In this document: in pieces, positions 47,628 to 56,164 of the stretch
Numbering within the stretch: the stretch's first letter is position 1
Layout: each line of letters starts with the position of its first letter
Origin: a bacterium
GTDB taxonomy: Bacteria; Patescibacteriota; Minisyncoccia; Phycocordibacterales; UBA9973
DNA length: 64,000 bases
Direction: 5' to 3'
NCBI GenBank assembly: GCA_037200905.1
Contig: JBBCGN010000005.1
Location: 29,535-93,534 of the forward strand
Position numbers and translations under genes: made by a program
The notes under the pieces: model-generated
The model's input: only the letters and a program-made list of their open reading frames with translations
Database searches by the model: none
Told to the model about the DNA's origin: nothing

Positions 47628-47660
47628 ATAAAAAAGCCCCGAACACAATCTGTGCCGGGG
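47628..47660 (-). terminator. rho-independent terminator of the lipoprotein gene
   Basis: The minus strand reads GCCCCGG-CACAGATTGTGTT-CGGGGC followed by TTTTTTATTT. Confidence 0.5.
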
Positions 47661-47679
47661 CTAAACCTATCCTAAACCA

Positions 47680-48495
47680 TCACGAAATTTCTTCTTTGTA
47701 CGTTCCACTGGTTCCTACGCTAACACTTTTCTCTTCTTTGGTGATTTCGATTTTGATATCACCGATGTTTCTGCCGGCTTTCTGATAGATGTTGATGCTC
47801 TGCGCGGGTATCTCGGCTTTGAATCCTCCAAACTCTACCTTGATGCCGTTCGGAGACTTCTGCATCTGTGCCAAGAGGGTGACTGCGCCTGCCCAGTCGT
47901 CTTTGCTGACGGTCTCATTCGTTTCTGATGTCTGGCTCTTTGTCGTGGTGCTGTCTCCACTACTCATGGCCTCTTTCAGTTTTTCCTTAAGGCCTGCGTT
48001 GGCTGGTGTTTCTTTTGCCTGATTAGTGCTCGCAGATTCGGTTACCGATGTTGTTGATGAAGTTGCGTCAGTCTTCGAATTCGGTTGGACCTTCTTATAA
48101 AGCCAAACCAGAAACAATACTGCAGCTGCGATCGCCAGGAGCTTCATGATGTCCCAGAACCAATCTGAACCATAATATGGCACAGGAGTCGGAACGGGGG
48201 TAGGAATCGGTTGTACTGCATTTTCGTCGCAGTCCACTTTCACTGTCTTGGTGAAGTGCAATGGCACTGCTTCGTAGCCCGTCTTGAAGAAATCCAATTT
48301 GTCTTTCTTCAATCTTTTCATGTCGCAACTGTAGCGCGGACTTGTTTTCATGTGATACGTGGGTATGCTTACCATAGTATCGAGATGCACTACCACAGAC
48401 TTTGTCTGGGGAGCATATCCGGTTCTGGTATTGGAATTACAGCTTGCGAGCATGATGCATGCCGCAAGAAAGGTCAGAAGGGAAGTTTGCTTCAT
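47680..48495 (-). CDS. hypothetical lipoprotein with internal TM and S/T-rich region
   Basis: MKQTSLLTFLAACIMLASC contains a lipobox L-A-S-C. The region is AT-rich. A TM (IMKLLAIAAAVLFLVWLY) follows. No family was recognised. Confidence 0.6.
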   Translation of the reverse strand: MKQTSLLTFLAACIMLASCNSNTRTGYAPQTKSVVVHLDTMVSIPTYHMKTSPRYSCDMKRLKKDKLDFFKTGYEAVPLHFTKTVKVDCDENAVQPIPTPVPTPVPYYGSDWFWDIMKLLAIAAAVLFLVWLYKKVQPNSKTDATSSTTSVTESASTNQAKETPANAGLKEKLKEAMSSGDSTTTKSQTSETNETVSKDDWAGAVTLLAQMQKSPNGIKVEFGGFKAEIPAQSINIYQKAGRNIGDIKIEITKEEKSVSVGTSGTYKEEIS

Positions 48496-48545
48496 TTTTA
48501 ACTGGTTTTATTCGTGAGTATTTAGGTTTAAAGAACTATGGGTAT

Positions 48546-48574
48546 ATTATAGCACCATTTTGTTAATTTGTCAA
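48546..48574 (-). promoter_or_regulatory. consensus sigma70 promoter for the lipoprotein gene
   Basis: The minus strand reads TTGACA (48574-48569), a 17-nt spacer ending in TGC, then TATAAT (48551-48546). Confidence 0.65.
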
Positions 48575-48725
48575 GTAAAAAAGCCGTATAAAATAAAGGC
48601 TTTTCAGGACTCGACCCTTACAGGGTCTGTACACCTTTCGCATCGTACTCGCCAAGGCTCCGTGCGATAGGCTCAAGGTCTTCTCGTCCTCTCACGCAAA
48701 GCTTCCGCTTTGCTCACGGCACATG

Positions 48726-48748
48726 CAAAAAACGCCCTTGCGGGCGCC
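48726..48748 (-). terminator. terminator hairpin just downstream of tRNA-Leu(CAG)
   Basis: The minus strand reads GGCGCCC-GCAA-GGGCG followed by TTTTTTGC. Confidence 0.55.
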
Positions 48749-48760
48749 TTATAGTGCATG

Positions 48761-48844
48761 TGCCGTGGAGAGGACTCGAACCTCCAAGGGGTTGCCCCCA
48801 CTACTACCTGAAAGTAGCGCGTCTACCAATTTCGCCACCACGGC
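48761..48844 (-). tRNA. tRNA-Leu (anticodon CAG)
   Basis: The minus strand reads GCCGTGG-TG-GCGAAATTGGTAGACGCG-CTACT-TTCAGGT-AGTAG-long variable arm-GGAGG-TTCGAGT-CCTCT-CCACGGC-A. Confidence 0.9.
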
Positions 48845-48897
48845 ATACGAATCAAATAATAGTCCAAAAACCCTATTTTTACTAGGTGGAAGATATA

Positions 48898-48926
48898 TTG
48901 ACTTTTAGCATAAAGTATGCTATTAT
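48898..48926 (+). promoter_or_regulatory. sigma70-type promoter for the 48945 orphan gene
   Basis: TTGACT (48898-48903), a 17-nt spacer ending in TGC, then TATTAT (48921-48926). Confidence 0.5.
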
Positions 48927-48944
48927 GTATGAAAATTCTTTGTC

Positions 48945-50198
48945 ATGACAAATACAAAAAACCTTACAGATTCAAACATCAGCTTGTTACAAAAATTCGT
49001 TGAAAGACAAGGCACTGATGCTCACTGCTATACAGTAAGCGGACGGGTCTTTCCCAGCGGCCCTAAAATGGGCATCAATATCCTTTACATCGGTCACTAC
49101 CGCTCGATGGAAACTATCGGTGAGATTCTCAATGGATTAGGACATTTTGGCGGTTCAGTTATTTTTCAGCAGAATTACGGCGCAAACATGTGGATGCAGA
49201 CCGGACAGATAGATCTGATCGTAGCATTAGATACTGAAGCCGGCGAAGCAGATTGGCTCGGCAAATGCTATGACGCCGGTCGCAAGTCTAACGCTCCATT
49301 ATGCGTAGAATTCTTAGTAGGAAGAGAATGCGGCCTCGATGAAAACTTTAAGGAGAAATTCACAAAATTCATGAAGGATGAATTTTATTCTCTTCGAAAT
49401 GCTCTCGAAGCTGAACCTTCCAAAGAACGCGTCCGCAAGCTTACTGACCCTGAAATCGGCTGGAAAGGTAAAGAATTTCTTGCCGAACTGGTGATGTCAA
49501 AAGGCCTTGCATCGTACCTTCAAAGCATCGGTATGACTGATCCGAAACTGGTCTATAAAGGCACAGTTAGGGATTTGGTTTATAACTTTGTAATGATGGT
49601 AGATGGCAAACCGACATTTGCCGCTACGGAAAACCAGGAATTCAACGCTGAGATTAAATTCATTCTCGAACAGCTCGGCTACTTGCCGCGTCCGAAGATC
49701 GAAAGAGGAGCAGTGCAGATTGACCTCAACGCTCCTCTGAGCGACGATGCGATCACCACAGTACTTGCAAAAAGTATTGACATGCATGCTCATCAGGTCG
49801 TTCTGAATGTAGACAAGAAAGAGGTTCGGATTATCCGCGGAAAACGTCCTAATGTTACGACCGACAAGAAGTTCGACGTCGTAAATTTCAATTTTAAGAA
49901 TCTGCGGAAGCTCATCGATGGAAAGACTGATATCAACCAATGGTTTGAAGACGGTCATCATTTTGACTTCAGCAGTTCCAAAACGGAAGAATCACCGCAG
50001 CCTGTACCGAAACGCGGTCTCATTAAAGGATGGATTCCAAAGATGTATGAGTATCGCGATATCATTGTTGATCGCGAGCTTATCGAAATGCTTATCAAAG
50101 TGGAAGAAGCTACATGCATTCCTCACTTTGCGTATGAAGCATTGCACGGAAGTTTCTACGGCAAGAAAAGCATGATCCCATTGCAGCAAATTGCATAA
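48945..50198 (+). CDS. AT-rich orphan protein (417 aa) between two tRNA genes
   Basis: Intact ORF. The composition is visibly AT-richer than the flanking housekeeping genes. No motif was recognised by eye. Confidence 0.6.
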   Translation: MTNTKNLTDSNISLLQKFVERQGTDAHCYTVSGRVFPSGPKMGINILYIGHYRSMETIGEILNGLGHFGGSVIFQQNYGANMWMQTGQIDLIVALDTEAGEADWLGKCYDAGRKSNAPLCVEFLVGRECGLDENFKEKFTKFMKDEFYSLRNALEAEPSKERVRKLTDPEIGWKGKEFLAELVMSKGLASYLQSIGMTDPKLVYKGTVRDLVYNFVMMVDGKPTFAATENQEFNAEIKFILEQLGYLPRPKIERGAVQIDLNAPLSDDAITTVLAKSIDMHAHQVVLNVDKKEVRIIRGKRPNVTTDKKFDVVNFNFKNLRKLIDGKTDINQWFEDGHHFDFSSSKTEESPQPVPKRGLIKGWIPKMYEYRDIIVDRELIEMLIKVEEATCIPHFAYEALHGSFYGKKSMIPLQQIA

Positions 50199-50206
50199 CA
50201 ATTCAC

Positions 50207-50240
50207 AAAAACCGCTTCTCGATTGAGAAGCGGTTTTTTT
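50207..50240 (+). terminator. rho-independent terminator (A-run/T-run flanked, usable on both strands)
   Basis: AAAAACCGCTTCTC-GATT-GAGAAGCGGTTTTTTT has a perfect 9-bp stem. Confidence 0.7.
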
Positions 50241-50249
50241 AATTTCTTG

Positions 50250-50332
50250 TGCGTCGGGAAGGATTCGAACCTTCGTAGCCCGGAGGCGACAGATTTACAG
50301 TCTGTTGTAATTGACCACTCTACCACCGACGC
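50250..50332 (-). tRNA. tRNA-Tyr (anticodon GTA)
   Basis: The minus strand reads GCGTCGG-TG-GTAGAGTGGTCAATTAC-A-ACAGA-CTGTAAA-TCTGT-long variable arm-GAAGG-TTCGAAT-CCTTC-CCGACGC-A. Confidence 0.88.
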
Positions 50333-50453
50333 AAGTACAGATAAAATACCATAAAACCCGCTGTTTTGCACCTTTTTGCTTTAATCTTCTTCGTATGTTA
50401 TTATATATGCAAATCCCCGGGGGATTTTTTGTTTACCCTAATCATCTATTCAT

Positions 50454-52271
50454 ATGGAAATACGAAACATAGCAATCATAGCCCACGTCGACCACGGCAA
50501 GACAACCTTGACCGACGGTCTCATGAAGCAGAACGGCGGCGCCCAGGACGAAGGCCTCTCGATGGACTCGAATGCCATCGAAAAAGAGCGCGGCATCACC
50601 ATCTATTCCAAGAATACTTCGATCGTCTACAAAGGCACGAAGATCAACATCGTTGATACTCCCGGCCACGCCGACTTCGGCTCCGAAGTGGAGCGCGTGC
50701 TCCGCGCCATCGATTCCGTGCTCCTCCTCGTCGATGCCGTCGAAGGCCCGATGCCTCAGACTCGCTTCGTATTGAAGAAGTCTCTCGAGCTCGGACTGAA
50801 GCCCATCGTCGTCATCAACAAGATCGACAAGCCTGCTGCAGACGCGCACCGCGTGCACGAAGAAGTCCTCGAACTCTTCTTCGAGCTCGGCGCCACCGAC
50901 GAGCAGGCGGACTTCCAGACCATCTACGCCATCGGCAGGGAAGGCAAGGCTTTCAAGAACCTCGGAGACGACTCGAAGGATTTTTCCCCGTTGCTCGATC
51001 TCATCCTCGAGACTGTGAAGCCGGCATCCGGCCGCGAGAGCGAAAAGATGTCCGCACAGGTCTTCAACCTCGCCTACGACAACTTCCTCGGCCGCATGGC
51101 TATCGCCCGCATCTATTCCGGCAAGGTGGTTTCCGGCTCTACCATTTTCGTCAAGGGCGAGCACGGCACCCGTACCGGCCGCATCACCAAGCTCTTCACC
51201 TTTGAAGGCATCTCCCGCAAGGAGGTAACGGAAGCGACTGCAGGCGACATCGCCCTCGTGGCCGGCATTCCTGACATCTTCATCGGCGAGACCCTCTGCG
51301 AGGACGAGTCAGTGCAGGAAATGCCGCATATCGCCATAGACGAGCCGACGCTTTCCCTCAACTTCTTGGTCAACGATTCTCCGTTTGCCGGCAAGGAAGG
51401 CAAATTCGTCACCTCACGGCAGATCAAAGAGCGATTGGAGAAAGAGATGGAGATCAATGTCGGACTCAAGGTGGATTTCTCTCCCGATCAGGGCCAAAAG
51501 ACTGAAGCGAAGTCCGGTCCGAGCTTCTTCCGCGTCTACGGCCGCGGCGAGCTCCATGTCGCAGTGCTTCTCGAAAATATGCGCCGCGAAGGGTTCGAGA
51601 TGCAGGTCTCGCAGCCGGAAGTCATCATCAAGGAAGAGAACGGACAGAAGACCGAGCCGTATGAAGAGCTCGTCATCGACGTGCCGATGGATTCATCAGG
51701 CACAGTCATCGAGAAGATGGGCAAGCGCCGCGGCATCATGAAGAACATGTCCGAGAAGAACGGCATCGCCCGCGTAGTCTTCGACATCCCGACCCGCGGA
51801 TTGCTCGGCTACCGGGGCGAATTCATCATCGATACCAAGGGCGAGGGCATCATGTCTTCCCGCGTGACCGGTTTCCGCGAGTATGCGGGGGAGATAAAGA
51901 AGCGCGACTACGGATCCATGGTTTCCATGATCAACGGCAAGGCAGTGGCCTTTGCCCTTGCAAATCTGCAGGAACGTGGTATACTATATATCGATCATGG
52001 GACCGAGGTGTACGAAGGCATGGTCATCGGCAATGTGCTCAAAGGCGAGGATATGTCGGTAAACCCTACGAAAGGCAAGCAATTGACCAACATGCGCGCC
52101 TCCGGCACGGACGAAGCCATCGTGCTCAAGCCCGCATTTACCCTCAGTATCGAGAGAGGATTGGAGATCATGAGCGGCGACGAGTACCTCGAAGTCACTC
52201 CGACATCGGTCCGTCTGCGAAAAAAGTACCTGACAGAGCTTGATCGCACCAAAGCCCAGCGGGGAAAATAA
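50454..52271 (+). CDS. typA: translational GTPase TypA/BipA
   Basis: Intact ORF of 605 aa. Motifs present: [31 protein letters not shown], and [23 protein letters not shown]. Confidence 0.95.
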   Translation: MEIRNIAIIAHVDHGKTTLTDGLMKQNGGAQDEGLSMDSNAIEKERGITIYSKNTSIVYKGTKINIVDTPGHADFGSEVERVLRAIDSVLLLVDAVEGPMPQTRFVLKKSLELGLKPIVVINKIDKPAADAHRVHEEVLELFFELGATDEQADFQTIYAIGREGKAFKNLGDDSKDFSPLLDLILETVKPASGRESEKMSAQVFNLAYDNFLGRMAIARIYSGKVVSGSTIFVKGEHGTRTGRITKLFTFEGISRKEVTEATAGDIALVAGIPDIFIGETLCEDESVQEMPHIAIDEPTLSLNFLVNDSPFAGKEGKFVTSRQIKERLEKEMEINVGLKVDFSPDQGQKTEAKSGPSFFRVYGRGELHVAVLLENMRREGFEMQVSQPEVIIKEENGQKTEPYEELVIDVPMDSSGTVIEKMGKRRGIMKNMSEKNGIARVVFDIPTRGLLGYRGEFIIDTKGEGIMSSRVTGFREYAGEIKKRDYGSMVSMINGKAVAFALANLQERGILYIDHGTEVYEGMVIGNVLKGEDMSVNPTKGKQLTNMRASGTDEAIVLKPAFTLSIERGLEIMSGDEYLEVTPTSVRLRKKYLTELDRTKAQRGK

Positions 52272-52378
52272 CAGCCCAGAAAGCACGTAGGCTGAAGGCC
52301 AGTAATTAGACCATATAATTTGACACACATACAACCAGTGTGTATACTAAAAGAGATATAAAATAATTTTTTTAACAC

Positions 52379-53407
52379 ATGTCATCAATCACATTCAAGC
52401 CGAAACAAGTTACCAAGAAAATCACGTCGAACCTGCACGACAGGGCTCGCGACGTCATCATGAACCGCTTCGGCCTGACCGCTGATGCTGACAAGAAGAC
52501 TCTCGAAGAGATCGGCAAGAAATACAACATCACCCGCGAACGCGTCCGCCAGATCGAGGACGTGGCTATCGCCCAGGTGAAGAAGTCCGATGCTTTCAAG
52601 GCTGAATCCGCAGTATTTGACGAGCTCAAGGAGCTCATGTTCTCGCTCGGTTCCATCGTGGCGGAGCACGAGCTTCTCGGCCGCATTTCCAAGGACAAGG
52701 CTACCCAGAACCACATCAATTTTTACCTCGTGCTCGGCGATTCTTTCAAGAAGCACCGCGAAGACAATCATTTTCATGCCCGCTGGAGCGTCGATGACGA
52801 GCTCGCGACCCGCGTGCACGACTCGCTGAAGAGGCTCTATGCGAGCCTGAACGACGAAGACCTCGTGCCCGAGACCGAGATGATCAAGAAGTTCTTCGAT
52901 CACATGAAGGAGATCTCCGAAGAATACAAGAACGAGGAAGTGGCAAAGAGATGGCTCTCCATGTCCAAATCAATCTCGAAGAACCCGCTCGGCGAATGGG
53001 GCAAGACCACTTCTCCGAACATCCGCACTCGCGGCGTGAAGGATTATGCTTTCCTGGTCATGCGCCGACACGGCTCACCGATGCACTTCCGCGAAGTGGC
53101 CGACGCTATCACCAAGACCTTCGGCAAGAAGACCCACTACGCTACCACGCACAACGAGCTCATCAAGGATTCACGCTTCGTGCTCGTCGGCCGCGGGCTC
53201 TACGCCCTCGCCGAATGGGGCTACAAGACCGGCATCGCCCGCGACGTCATCAAGGATATCCTGAAGAAAGAAGGCCCGCTGTCCAAGGAAGATGTCGTCG
53301 ATCGCGTCATGAAAGAGCGGTATTTCAAGAAGAACACTATTCTCGTCAACCTCGTCAATCCGAAATACTTCAAGAAGAACAAGAACGGCCTCTATACCGC
53401 CGTCTAA
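52379..53407 (+). CDS. DNA-binding protein with sigma-70 region-4-like HTH and C-terminal HARE-HTH-like domain
   Basis: KKTLEEIGKKYNITRERVRQIEDVAI is region 4-like. The C-terminal YAFLVMRRHGSPMHFREVADAI...LIKDSRFVLVGRGLYALAEWGY resembles the HARE-HTH of the RNAP delta subunit. Confidence 0.65.
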   Translation: MSSITFKPKQVTKKITSNLHDRARDVIMNRFGLTADADKKTLEEIGKKYNITRERVRQIEDVAIAQVKKSDAFKAESAVFDELKELMFSLGSIVAEHELLGRISKDKATQNHINFYLVLGDSFKKHREDNHFHARWSVDDELATRVHDSLKRLYASLNDEDLVPETEMIKKFFDHMKEISEEYKNEEVAKRWLSMSKSISKNPLGEWGKTTSPNIRTRGVKDYAFLVMRRHGSPMHFREVADAITKTFGKKTHYATTHNELIKDSRFVLVGRGLYALAEWGYKTGIARDVIKDILKKEGPLSKEDVVDRVMKERYFKKNTILVNLVNPKYFKKNKNGLYTAV

Positions 53408-53417
53408 TGCCAATGCG

Positions 53418-53445
53418 AAAAAGCCCCTGCCAAGGGGCTTTTTTC
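53418..53445 (+). terminator. rho-independent terminator
   Basis: AGCCCCT-GCCA-AGGGGCT followed by TTTTTC. Confidence 0.65.
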
Positions 53446-53498
53446 TGGCGTCCGCGCCTTACGTTTTCCCTGCTTTTGTATTACAATAGTGCATAATC

Positions 53499-54737
53499 AT
53501 GCTTTCATCATTCACGTCGCTGTTTGTCCCATTCTTCCATATTCTCAATTTCGTGCCGTTCGCCGTCTGGCTCGGCATCGCCACATTTTTCCTGGGCTAC
53601 GCCGCCCGCAAGGTCTGGCTGCATTACGTGCAGACGGAATTCATCTCCGGCATCGAATGGGTGCTCATCGAGATCATCCCGCCGCGCGAAGTCTTGCGCT
53701 CGCCGCGGGCCATGGAGCTCTTCTTCACCAATGCCCTCTACCAGTACAGCCCGAAGGGCGCGCCGGAAATGTGGTGGCGCGGCGAAGTGCAGCTGTGGTT
53801 CTCTTTGGAAATAGTTTCCCTCGAAGGCCAGGTGCATTTCTTCATCCGCACCCCGTCGCGCCTGAAGGAGCTCATCGAGACGCAGATCTACGCCCAGTAT
53901 CCCCAGGCCCAGGTGAAAGTGGCGGAGGATTACGCCCTCGCCGTGCCGGAAATCTCCATGGAGAGCGAGCACAATCTCTGGGGCTGCGAATTCAAGCTCG
54001 AGAAGCCCGATGCGTATCCGATCAAGACGTATGTCGATTTCGGCCTCGACAAGGACCCGAAGGAGGAGTACAAGATCGACCCGATCTCGCCGGTGGTGGA
54101 GCTCTTCGGCTCTCTCAAGAAGGGCGAGCAGATGTGGCTGCAGATCGTCATCACCGCCGCCAAGAAGAAATACATGCACGAGGGCAAGGAGATCGACTGG
54201 GTGGAAGAAGGCCATCATATCCTTGAGAATATTTCCAAGCCGTACACCAAGGATGCCGAAGGAGTGAAAGAGGTCAAGGTGCCGAAATGGCTCGAGTCCG
54301 TCGTCGACGGCATCAACCTAAAGACGCTCAAGCTCGGCTTCGAGTGCGGCATCCGCTTCTGCTACGTGGCCAAGAAGGAGGCCTTCAACACCAACAGCAA
54401 GAAGAACAGCCGCCTCATCTTCCATCAGTATGCCAATCCGTACCTGAACCAGTTCGGCCGGCTCAACTCCACGAGCATCGCTTCGCTCTTCTTCGCCGTG
54501 CCGCAGAAGAAGATCCTCAAGAAGGCGAACAAGTTTCTCAACGAATACCGCGAGCGCTCATTCTTCTATCCGTCGCTCCGCCACAAGCTCACCTCGAGCC
54601 AGCATTCTCATACATTCATCTTGAACACCGAAGAATTGGCAACGCTGTTCCATTTCCCCGGACAGGTGCTCAAGGTGCCGACTCTCGAGCGCATCGAATC
54701 GAAAGAAGCTTCTCCGCCGACGAACCTTCCTATCTAA
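53499..54737 (+). CDS. conserved-looking hypothetical membrane protein ending in ...TEELATLFHFP...
   Basis: Intact ORF of 412 aa with an N-terminal TM pair. The C-terminal motif FILNTEELATLFHFPGQVLKVP is noted. The family is not securely recognised. Confidence 0.6.
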   Translation: MLSSFTSLFVPFFHILNFVPFAVWLGIATFFLGYAARKVWLHYVQTEFISGIEWVLIEIIPPREVLRSPRAMELFFTNALYQYSPKGAPEMWWRGEVQLWFSLEIVSLEGQVHFFIRTPSRLKELIETQIYAQYPQAQVKVAEDYALAVPEISMESEHNLWGCEFKLEKPDAYPIKTYVDFGLDKDPKEEYKIDPISPVVELFGSLKKGEQMWLQIVITAAKKKYMHEGKEIDWVEEGHHILENISKPYTKDAEGVKEVKVPKWLESVVDGINLKTLKLGFECGIRFCYVAKKEAFNTNSKKNSRLIFHQYANPYLNQFGRLNSTSIASLFFAVPQKKILKKANKFLNEYRERSFFYPSLRHKLTSSQHSHTFILNTEELATLFHFPGQVLKVPTLERIESKEASPPTNLPI

Positions 54738-54740
54738 TCT

Positions 54741-55628
54741 ATGCAGCGCTTATTCAAGAATTCCATCTTTGCCGGCGTCGTGCTCATCGTCATCATCTTT
54801 CTCGGCTATGTTCTCTTTTTGGCCGCGCCGCATTCGTTCGCGCCGGAGACAATATTCACCGTGGAGCAGGGCAAGAGCTTGCGCAGTTTGTCGCTCGCGC
54901 TCAAGGATTCCCATTTGATAAAATCCCGCGTCGCATTCGAGGCGTTCGTCATCGCTTATGAAGGGGAGAAACATATCGTGCCCGGCGATTATCTCTTCGA
55001 CAACAAGCTGCCGGTATTCGAGGTAGCGCGGCGCATCTCGCGCGGCGACCACCATTTGCCGCCGGTGAAAGTCACCATCCCCGAGGGATTCACCGATGCC
55101 GATGCCGCGGCGGCTTTTGCCGCCAAGCTGCCGAATTTCAATCAGTCGAATTTCTTTACGCTGGCAAAGGGAAAAGAAGGCTTTTTGTTTCCCGATACCT
55201 ATTTCTTCCTCAATACCAATACCGAGACCGAGGTCATCGCCCTCATGAGCGAGAACTATGAGAAGAAAGTAGCGCCGCTCCGGCCGCAGATCGCCGCCAC
55301 GGGACACGCCGAGAACGAGATCATCACCATGGCCTCGCTTATCGAAGGCGAAGCAAAGGGCGATGCCGACCGCGCCGTCATCTCCGGCATATTGTGGCAG
55401 AGGATAAAAAACGGCATGATGCTCCAAGTGGACACCGATCCGGAGACGTATCATATGAAAGGCCTGCCGGCGCATCCTGTGTCGAATCCCGGGCTCGAAG
55501 CCATCAAAGCCGCCATGTATCCGACCGCATCGCCCTATCTCTTTTACCTGCACGATGACAGCGGCACTATTCATTACGCAAAAACTTTTACGGAGCATAA
55601 GGCCAACAAGGCGAAATATCTGAAATAA
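54741..55628 (+). CDS. mltG: endolytic murein transglycosylase MltG (YceG-like)
   Basis: An N-terminal TM is followed by ...PEGFT..., ITMASLIEGEAKGDADRAVISGILWQRIKNGMMLQVD, GLPAHPVSNPGLEAIKAAMYP and YLFYLHD. Confidence 0.88.
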   Translation: MQRLFKNSIFAGVVLIVIIFLGYVLFLAAPHSFAPETIFTVEQGKSLRSLSLALKDSHLIKSRVAFEAFVIAYEGEKHIVPGDYLFDNKLPVFEVARRISRGDHHLPPVKVTIPEGFTDADAAAAFAAKLPNFNQSNFFTLAKGKEGFLFPDTYFFLNTNTETEVIALMSENYEKKVAPLRPQIAATGHAENEIITMASLIEGEAKGDADRAVISGILWQRIKNGMMLQVDTDPETYHMKGLPAHPVSNPGLEAIKAAMYPTASPYLFYLHDDSGTIHYAKTFTEHKANKAKYLK

Positions 55629-55629
55629 T

Positions 55630-56157
55630 ATGAAGAAACATAATCTGGCATTCATCGACATAGAGACGACCGGGCTCAATGTCACCAAGAACGAGATCAT
55701 CGAGATCGGCTGCGTCATCGTGACGCCGGATTTCGGGCTCGTCGAAGAATTCGATTTGAAGATAAAGCCTGAGCATATCGAGCATGCTGACCCTGTCGCA
55801 CTCAAGGTCAATCATTATCATCCCAAAGATTGGGTCTTTGCGTATACTCTCAAGGAAGCCATGCAGATATTCGCCGACAAGGTGAAGAATTGCATCATGG
55901 TAGGGCAGAACGTAGCCTTCGATTCCGGTTTTCTCGAGTACGCGTTCATACAGACGGGCATCAAGAACAGCATGCATTACCACAAGCTCGATACCATCTC
56001 CATGGTCTGGGCCAAGCTCCACCGCGAGCCGGACCTCGAGCACTTTTCCCTGCGCGAACTCTGCGCCCGTTTCGACATCGTGAACGAGAACGCCCACACC
56101 GCGCTCTCCGACGCTCGCGCTACGTTCGAACTTTACAAAAAGCTCATGAGCCTATAG
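55630..56157 (+). CDS. DEDDh 3'-5' exonuclease (DnaQ/epsilon-like)
   Basis: AFIDIETTGL (Exo I), VGQNVAFDSGFL (Exo II), and HTALSDARATFELY (Exo III, H-x4-D). Confidence 0.88.
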   Translation: MKKHNLAFIDIETTGLNVTKNEIIEIGCVIVTPDFGLVEEFDLKIKPEHIEHADPVALKVNHYHPKDWVFAYTLKEAMQIFADKVKNCIMVGQNVAFDSGFLEYAFIQTGIKNSMHYHKLDTISMVWAKLHREPDLEHFSLRELCARFDIVNENAHTALSDARATFELYKKLMSL

Positions 56158-56164
56158 GCTGAAT

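Noticed and set aside
48600-48725. SRP (4.5S) RNA downstream of tRNA-Leu(CAG)
   Set aside because: A GGAA tetraloop is present. It caps a regular 7-bp stem and lacks the conserved GGUCAGGUCC...GGAAGCAGCC helix-8 internal loops.
50412-50432. Palindrome ATCCCCGGGGGAT plus T-run upstream of typA as a riboswitch or attenuator
   Set aside because: The sequence is too short to judge. There is no alternative antiterminator pairing or leader peptide nearby. It is probably a terminator for the upstream tRNA region.
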